From a virus (lineage: Duplodnaviria > Caudoviricetes): DNA of 64,000 nucleotides. The notes under the pieces are model-generated. The model saw nothing but the letters and a program-made list of their open reading frames with translations, had not been told where the DNA came from and did no database searches. Within the stretch, counting starts at the first letter, position 1; each line of letters starts with the position of its first letter. Positions 58,041-64,000 of the stretch are shown here, piece after piece. The stretch is taken from the IMG/VR virus record IMGVR_UViG_3300028048_000057, positions 1 through 64,000 of that record; one strand, written 5' to 3'. Made by a program: the position numbers and the translations under genes.

Positions 58041-58703
58041 ATGGCAATTCAATATTATGACAAAGCCTTAACTGAAAAGATTCAAGATTGGATTAATGAC
58101 CCAAAAATCCATGTCTATAGACCAGAAGAAGTTTCTTGGATGTTGCAACAAAAGAGTGATGAAAATAATGATAAACCTATAGCATTACCATTCCTAGCAC
58201 TATCTAGAGAAACTGAGATTAATATTGAGAATCCAAATAAAAATCCTTTAAGTTATGATGGCCTAGCAATAAGACTATATGATGATAAAGGCAAGGAAGT
58301 ACATTTAAAATCAGCATTTAAATTAAATGCAATTCCAATAAGATTAAGTTATCAGTTGGATATTTATACCAAAGGTTTAGAAGAAGCATGTGAATATGTT
58401 AGAGAACTAGTATTCAGATTAATCAATAACCCAAAGATTCAAATTACAATTCCTTATAATGGAGTTAATTTACAACATAAATCTTCTATACAAGTATACT
58501 CTCAAATAGAAGATAATAGTGATATACCTCAAAGATTATATCCAGGACAATTTACAAGATTTACTATTAAAATGACAATTGATGATGCTTATTTATTCAG
58601 TGTTGTTGATAGACAAAACATTTTAATAGATAAAATTAGAATGGAAATTATGGATAAAGAAAGCAAAGAAACAGAGGTTGAAATTCTTACAATAAACTCT
58701 TAA
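58041..58703 (+). CDS. Tail terminator/sheath stabiliser (T4 gp15-like)
   Basis: LPFLALSR and PIRLSYQLDIYT motifs; directly upstream of sheath. Confidence 0.65.
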   Translation: MAIQYYDKALTEKIQDWINDPKIHVYRPEEVSWMLQQKSDENNDKPIALPFLALSRETEINIENPNKNPLSYDGLAIRLYDDKGKEVHLKSAFKLNAIPIRLSYQLDIYTKGLEEACEYVRELVFRLINNPKIQITIPYNGVNLQHKSSIQVYSQIEDNSDIPQRLYPGQFTRFTIKMTIDDAYLFSVVDRQNILIDKIRMEIMDKESKETEVEILTINS

Positions 58704-58710
58704 TAAAGAG

Positions 58711-58727
58711 TGCTAAATTTAATGATA
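58711..58727 (+). promoter_or_regulatory. Putative late promoter TGCTAAATTTAATGATA
   Basis: Extended motif upstream of sheath. Confidence 0.75.
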
Positions 58728-58750
58728 AAATATTAATAAGGAGAAATACA

Positions 58751-60280
58751 ATGCCAAAGATTAAAATTACAGAAATAGATAATACAGGCAGTATTCAATT
58801 AAATCCAATTACTAATGTGGTTTTTATCCCAGGTAAAGCAGCATCAAAAATGACTAAACCTGTACTTTGTTCTTCAGTTTCAGAACTAAGTAACCTTAAA
58901 GAAGCAAAAGGTTTAATTGAGGATACATCCTATAAACTAGCAAAAAGATTAATTCAATTAGGAATGCAAGTACTTTATCAAGGATTTGTAGCAAGTGGTA
59001 CTAGTGTTACTTGGTATGATGGTAATTATTTTGCAGATATTATTGAAGATGAAGAAGAAGTGAAAAAAGTAACCATTAGTGGAGAAGCATTTACTTTAAG
59101 TGAAACTGGTGAAGAATTAGTTACAGTTAAAAAATATAGAGTAACACATCATCATGAAGGTTCCGAAGATACTCATACAAATGAATATTTACATTTTGGT
59201 ATCAGTAGTGGTAAATGTGTGATTAAAATTGAAAACCTTATTTTAGAAACAGGAGATGAAGTATTATCTTCAGATTTTAAATTATTTGTAGGTATTCCAA
59301 CAAAAGAAGGTGTAGCACAATATCAAACTATTTTATTTGACTATATTAATAATAAAGTTGGATATAATTGGTTAGGACTCAATGGAGAATCCATTATAAT
59401 TGGTTCAGAAGATTGGGCATTGTTACAAGATAAATCAGTATATGATATTAGATTCTTAACTACAGGTGGTTATGCAATTCCATCACAAGCAATGGTAGAA
59501 TGTGCAGCAACTAGAGGAGATTGTGTGGCTTTAATTGACCATGATAGAGGATTAACAAGTGTTTCTAGTGTTAGAAGTGCTATGGCTCCTTTTGTTAGTT
59601 CATTCTCATCAGGATTTACTCCTTGGTTTGAAGCAAGTTTAGATGGTACTGAAAGTTTAGTTGTTCCAGCATCATTTGGATATTTATTTGCTTATGCTAG
59701 AAGCATTCAAAATAATCCTACTTGGTATTCAGTTGCTGGTTCCTTTAGAGGAATTATTCCAGAATTAGTTAAAGTTGAATATGAATATTCATCAGCAGAA
59801 GTAGAAATGCTTCAAGGTAGAGCCTCTACAATGGAAGTTGGTATGGGTGAACCAAATGATAATGTTGGTTTTGCAATTAACCCAATTGCTTATGTTAGTA
59901 GATTTGGTTATCTTATTTGGGGAAATAGAACTCTTGTTGAAAATGAAGCAGGACAAGATGGAGTAGGTATCTTAAAAGCAACTTCATTCTTAAATGTTAG
60001 AAACCTTTGTAGTGACATTAAAAAGACACTTTATTTAGCAGCAAGAAGATACACATTTGAACAAAATAGTAATTTATTATGGTTAGACTTTAAATCTCAA
60101 GTTACTCCACTCTTAGATAGAATGGTTAGTGGCAATGGTATTGAGGCCTATACATTTGAACAAATGCCAACAGATAAGAAAGCCAGATTAAGTGCAAGAT
60201 TAACTATTGTTCCAATTGAGGGAGTTGAAGACTTTGAATTAGAAGTCTATCTTGAAGACTCACTTGAAGTGGTTGAATAA
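58751..60280 (+). CDS. Contractile tail sheath protein
   Basis: P.I.I.EID, RGDCVALID, W.S.AG..RG, INPI, WGNRTL, LNVR.L, FEQN motifs. Confidence 0.92.
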   Translation: MPKIKITEIDNTGSIQLNPITNVVFIPGKAASKMTKPVLCSSVSELSNLKEAKGLIEDTSYKLAKRLIQLGMQVLYQGFVASGTSVTWYDGNYFADIIEDEEEVKKVTISGEAFTLSETGEELVTVKKYRVTHHHEGSEDTHTNEYLHFGISSGKCVIKIENLILETGDEVLSSDFKLFVGIPTKEGVAQYQTILFDYINNKVGYNWLGLNGESIIIGSEDWALLQDKSVYDIRFLTTGGYAIPSQAMVECAATRGDCVALIDHDRGLTSVSSVRSAMAPFVSSFSSGFTPWFEASLDGTESLVVPASFGYLFAYARSIQNNPTWYSVAGSFRGIIPELVKVEYEYSSAEVEMLQGRASTMEVGMGEPNDNVGFAINPIAYVSRFGYLIWGNRTLVENEAGQDGVGILKATSFLNVRNLCSDIKKTLYLAARRYTFEQNSNLLWLDFKSQVTPLLDRMVSGNGIEAYTFEQMPTDKKARLSARLTIVPIEGVEDFELEVYLEDSLEVVE

Positions 60281-60297
60281 TGGAGGAAAGATAAGAT

Positions 60298-60885
60298 ATG
60301 AGAGCAGATAATATTGGTGCTTATCACTTAGCCCAAAATCCAGAATTATATGAACCAGCAAGAACAAATAACTTTGAATTCTATGTTCCAACACTTCCTG
60401 ATAATTTATTATATGCAGGTGTGTTAGCATCAGACCAAGTTAAAGATGAAAAGAAATTCATCAAAAATGGTGGTAAATCTTTAAGAGTAGCAGTTCTTAG
60501 TTCTTCAGTTCCACACTTTGCTTTAGGTAAAATTGAAGTAAAGAGAGGCAACAGTACAATGAATGTTGCAGGTACTCCAGAATTCTCACCATTAACTCTT
60601 GTTTGTAATGATTATATTGGAGCAAGAATTAAAGACATCTTAATGGCATGGCAAGCACTTGCTTATGATGTTAGAACTCAATTAGTTCAAAAGATGTCTA
60701 ATTATAAAATGGAAGGTTACTTAATTGAGTACACTCCAGATTATGAAGAAGTAAGAAGATGGCATATTTATGGTTGTTGGGTAAGTGAAGTTTCAGAAAA
60801 TGAATTCAATAATGAATCCAATGATAAGAGAACAACTACAGCAACTCTTATCTATGATTATGCTATCCCAGAATTACCAGACTAA
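60298..60885 (+). CDS. Tail tube protein (T4 gp19-like)
   Basis: R.NNFE, W..YGCW...V, L.YD motifs; follows sheath. Confidence 0.8.
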   Translation: MRADNIGAYHLAQNPELYEPARTNNFEFYVPTLPDNLLYAGVLASDQVKDEKKFIKNGGKSLRVAVLSSSVPHFALGKIEVKRGNSTMNVAGTPEFSPLTLVCNDYIGARIKDILMAWQALAYDVRTQLVQKMSNYKMEGYLIEYTPDYEEVRRWHIYGCWVSEVSENEFNNESNDKRTTTATLIYDYAIPELPD

Positions 60886-60903
60886 TCAAAAAAAATAATT
60901 TAT

Positions 60904-60936
60904 AGGTGCATACTTAGGTGTGTACCTTTTATTTTT
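60904..60936 (+). terminator. Intrinsic terminator
   Basis: AGGTGCATAC-ttag-GTGTGTACCT then T-rich tail. Confidence 0.75.
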
Positions 60937-60965
60937 AAATAATTTTTAAAATCTTTTAAAAGTAG

Positions 60966-60980
60966 TGCTAAAATTTATGA
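60966..60980 (+). promoter_or_regulatory. Late-promoter variant TGCTAAAATTTATGA
   Basis: One-base variant of the motif, after a terminator. Confidence 0.5.
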
Positions 60981-60996
60981 GGTAAAGGAGTATTCT

Positions 60997-61170
60997 ATGG
61001 ATATTGAAATTAAAGAAAAGGAACTTAAAAAAGTGTCCAAGAAGATTATTGGTGTACAAGTAACCGATGAAATTTATGATGCACTTCAAAAGAAGAGTGA
61101 AGAGGAATGGCTAACTATATCAGATATAGTTAGAAGACTCATAAGAGATTATTTAAAGGAGGCAAAATAA
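60997..61170 (+). CDS. Ribbon-helix-helix (CopG/Arc-like) DNA-binding protein (not in ORF track)
   Basis: KKIIGVQVTDEIYDALQKKSEEEWLTISDIVRRLIRDYL; AAGGAG RBS. Confidence 0.75.
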   Translation: MDIEIKEKELKKVSKKIIGVQVTDEIYDALQKKSEEEWLTISDIVRRLIRDYLKEAK

Positions 61171-61171
61171 T

Positions 61172-61936
61172 ATGTTAAAAGATGCTACAATTAAAGAAAC
61201 ATATACACTTCCTTCTTTAGGTAAACTATATGGTATTGAAGGATTCAATCCAAAAGTCACACTTAGAAGTATGACCACTATGGAAGAGATGAAAAGATTA
61301 TCATATACAGAAGATGAGTTTAAATTAATGTCTGAAATTATTGATGATTGTATTCTTGAAGAAATGCCAATCTCTTCTTATGATATGGTATTAGGTGATT
61401 ATGAATTTTTATTACATAAACTTAGAGTAGTTACTTATGGTAAGGATTATAAAATGCAAGATACATGTCCAAATTGTAAGAAACAAACAGTAGTGAGTGT
61501 AAATTTAGATGAGGTAGAAGTTCATGAATTTGATGAAGATGAAATTCTTAAATCAAGAACAATTACATTACCTATATCTAAAAAGAAAATAACATTAGCC
61601 TTTCAAACTCCAAGAACAATAGATTTAATCAAAGAGAAGGCAAATACACTAAGAAAGAAAACGAAAGACCAACACACAAACTATGAGTTCATGTATAGAG
61701 TCATCTCCTATATTGCAGAAGTTGATGGCCTAGAAAAATCAGATGATGACTTAGAACAAATGGTTAGAAAAATGCAAATGAAAGATATCTATTATATTTT
61801 AGATAAAGGTGCAGAACTTGGTAGAAAGGTAGGACTTGACAATGAAGTAGTTGCAAAATGTGGAAATTGTAATTATGAATTTGTCACACGATTTCAGTAT
61901 CAACCATCATTTTTTAGACCCTATATTGACGAATGA
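61172..61936 (+). CDS. Baseplate hub/tail assembly chaperone (T4 gp26-like) with two CxxC motifs
   Basis: LPSLG..Y, LRSMTT.EE, CPNC, CGNC, FFRP ending; between tube and tape measure. Confidence 0.7.
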   Translation: MLKDATIKETYTLPSLGKLYGIEGFNPKVTLRSMTTMEEMKRLSYTEDEFKLMSEIIDDCILEEMPISSYDMVLGDYEFLLHKLRVVTYGKDYKMQDTCPNCKKQTVVSVNLDEVEVHEFDEDEILKSRTITLPISKKKITLAFQTPRTIDLIKEKANTLRKKTKDQHTNYEFMYRVISYIAEVDGLEKSDDDLEQMVRKMQMKDIYYILDKGAELGRKVGLDNEVVAKCGNCNYEFVTRFQYQPSFFRPYIDE

Positions 61937-62180
61937 TGGGAAACCATATGGTCCATGGAGATATAAAAAGATAGTTGAAGAGTGTTATATAATAAGTCAT
62001 GCTATAAATACTTCTTATACAGACTTAATGAAGATAACACCTAGGGAAAGAGAGTATTTCATAGAATTCTTAAACAGAGAAGCAGAAGAAATGAAAAAAC
62101 TCAAAGAAGATAATAGTAAAAAATTAAATAAAACTTTAGAAGAAGTAAAATCAGCAAAACAATCAAGAGTAAGAATGTAA
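61911..62180 (+). CDS. Second tail-chaperone reading frame (gp51-like / frameshift extension); start uncertain
   Basis: SYTDLMKITPREREYF motif; overlaps upstream gene at a T6 run; no convincing RBS. Confidence 0.55.
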   Translation, partial: FLDPILTNDGKPYGPWRYKKIVEECYIISHAINTSYTDLMKITPREREYFIEFLNREAEEMKKLKEDNSKKLNKTLEEVKSAKQSRVRM

Positions 62181-62192
62181 GGAGGGTAATCA

Positions 62193-64000
62193 ATGGCAAA
62201 ACAAGCAAATCCAATATTTAATTTTGGGATTACTGATGATAATAAAATTGAAACCAAAACCCTTGATGATGTTTTTAACCTTGAAAAGAAGAAGTCTGAG
62301 GAATTAGAAAAATATAAAAGAGACTTAATAAAAGAAACTGCAAACATTCAATCCAAAGATTTAGAAAGAAGATATAAAAATCTTCAACAACAAATAACTA
62401 AACTTGAAATGGATGGTGTAAAAGTTACTCAAGCCTATAGATTGAAGTTACAGAAAGAGGCCATCAAGCAAGAACAAGAAGAAAGATTGAAGTCTCAAAA
62501 AGAATTATATAAAAAAGAATTAGAAAATTTAAAAAAGTCTCAAAGAGGAACTAAAGAAAAACTTTCTGATAATAATAAACTCTATCAACAAAATAAAGAA
62601 ACTTTAGATTTACTTAAAGTTATTGCTTCTCAAAGAAAATTAACTAAGGATGAGAAGAAACTTCAAAAAGATACTAGAGAAGAACAAGCAAAAATCAATA
62701 GAGAAAATGCAGCAATGCAAATTCAACAAGGTTTAGTAAATGCTTTACAAGGCCTTTCTGATTCTATCAACTCTAATATGAAAACTTATGTAAATTTGCA
62801 TAAGGGTACTAATGCTAGATTGCAAGGATATACAGGAAGTGGTATTTTAGGTTTAGGCTTAAGAACTTCAGTAGATAAATATGGTGTTTTAGAAAATAGA
62901 CTTACTTCAGCAGTAGGAGTTAATCCTTATTTTAGAACAGAGGCTATGCTCACTAACCTTAGTAACTTAATAAATGAAGGTATTGCTTCTAATGTTGAAC
63001 AAAGAGCATTTTTACAAACAGCAAGTGAGAATATTGCAAATACTTTTGATGTTGCTAATGGAGCCTTATTAAGAATTGTTAGATTACAACAACAAGACTC
63101 ATCTGCAGCAAGATTAGGTATGGAAGCATATTTAACTAGATTTTTAAATGGTTTAGTTGAAAATACAGAATACCTAAATAAAACTTTTGATACAGTACAA
63201 GAAGCATTAATAGAGACTTCTTCTCATATGTCTATACAAGCATCTACAGAACTTGAGTATGTTATTCAAAAATGGTTAGGTGCTTTAGTTGGTGTAGGTA
63301 TGAGTGAAAGTACAGCATCTAATTTGGCTCAAGCCATAGGTTATTTGGGTAGTGGTAATATTGAAGCCTTAAGTGGAAATGCTTTACAAAATCTTTTAGT
63401 CATGGCAGCAAACAAGAGTAATCTTGGTTTTGGTAGTTTACTTACTAGTGGCTTAAATGCTTCTAATGCAGATGCTTTAATGGCCAATTTAGTAAATTAC
63501 ATGATTGAAATTGAGAAGAGTGGAAATAATGTTGTTAAATCACAATTTGCAAATACATTTGGAATAACTTTTAGTGACTTAGCAGCAGCATCAAACTTAG
63601 CAGGTTCAATGAGTTCACTTTATGGTAACCAATTAAGTTTTGGTGGAATGTATAATGAATTAGCAATGCAACTTATGCAAGTTCCATTAAGAATGACAAT
63701 GAGTGAAATGCTAGACAATGTGTGGGAGAATTTAGAATTTGGTCTTGCTTCTAATGTTGCATCTAGTCCAGCACTTTCAGCAATTTGGAAAGTTACAGAT
63801 ATGATTCAAAGCCAAACTGGTGGAATTAATATTCCATTTATTAGTGCTGCAGGATTTGGAATTGATTTAAATACAACCATTGAAAATTTAGTTAAATTAG
63901 GTGTAGTTGGAATTAGTTCTTTAGGAATGATTGGAGATATGGTAAGTGGTTTATCAACTTCTTTAGTACCATCTTCAGCATTATTAAAATTAGGAATACT
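62193..64000 (+). CDS. Tape measure protein, 3'-truncated (not in ORF track)
   Basis: GGAGG RBS, ATG 62193 (MAKQANPIF...), frame appears open to window end; coiled coil then A/G/L-rich helices; follows the chaperones. Confidence 0.75.
   Translation, partial: MAKQANPIFNFGITDDNKIETKTLDDVFNLEKKKSEELEKYKRDLIKETANIQSKDLERRYKNLQQQITKLEMDGVKVTQAYRLKLQKEAIKQEQEERLKSQKELYKKELENLKKSQRGTKEKLSDNNKLYQQNKETLDLLKVIASQRKLTKDEKKLQKDTREEQAKINRENAAMQIQQGLVNALQGLSDSINSNMKTYVNLHKGTNARLQGYTGSGILGLGLRTSVDKYGVLENRLTSAVGVNPYFRTEAMLTNLSNLINEGIASNVEQRAFLQTASENIANTFDVANGALLRIVRLQQQDSSAARLGMEAYLTRFLNGLVENTEYLNKTFDTVQEALIETSSHMSIQASTELEYVIQKWLGALVGVGMSESTASNLAQAIGYLGSGNIEALSGNALQNLLVMAANKSNLGFGSLLTSGLNASNADALMANLVNYMIEIEKSGNNVVKSQFANTFGITFSDLAAASNLAGSMSSLYGNQLSFGGMYNELAMQLMQVPLRMTMSEMLDNVWENLEFGLASNVASSPALSAIWKVTDMIQSQTGGINIPFISAAGFGIDLNTTIENLVKLGVVGISSLGMIGDMVSGLSTSLVPSSALLKLGI

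Noticed and set aside
1-64000. Stop-codon reassignment
   Set aside because: Genes are long and intact in code 11; TAG and TGA end genes at sensible boundaries followed by RBS or promoter motifs
1-64000. tRNA or rRNA genes
   Set aside because: No cloverleaf or T-loop signatures seen in the short intergenic gaps; tRNAscan-SE would confirm

Overview
AT-rich, almost entirely plus-strand segment of a large T4-like myovirus genome (genetic code 11), probably from a low-GC Bacillota or Mollicutes-related host (inference). Layout: fibre/receptor-binding cluster (1-15.7 kb); SWIM protein, BppU-like protein and two holin-like genes; terminase, portal, protease-scaffold and major capsid (18.5-26.2 kb); a Stealth phosphotransferase plus two glycosyltransferases; an island of small genes behind consensus sigma-A promoters (30.3-34.3 kb); about 22 kb of very acidic multi-domain proteins interleaved with neck genes (34.3-57.1 kb); then neck, sheath, tube, chaperones and a truncated tape measure. 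A motif TGCTAAATT precedes 16 structural transcription units and is the likely late promoter. The main finding is that the acidic proteins are strings of unrelated effector-like domains (ART-like, nucleotidyltransferase, ParB-like, ferritin-like, Ocr-like, SAM-lyase-like) joined by a recurrent ESLKE-type linker. The linker is written with varying synonymous codons and fits T4 gp21 prohead-protease specificity, suggesting capsid-packaged polyproteins cut into separate injected effectors. All family assignments are by-eye motif recognition, not database searches.
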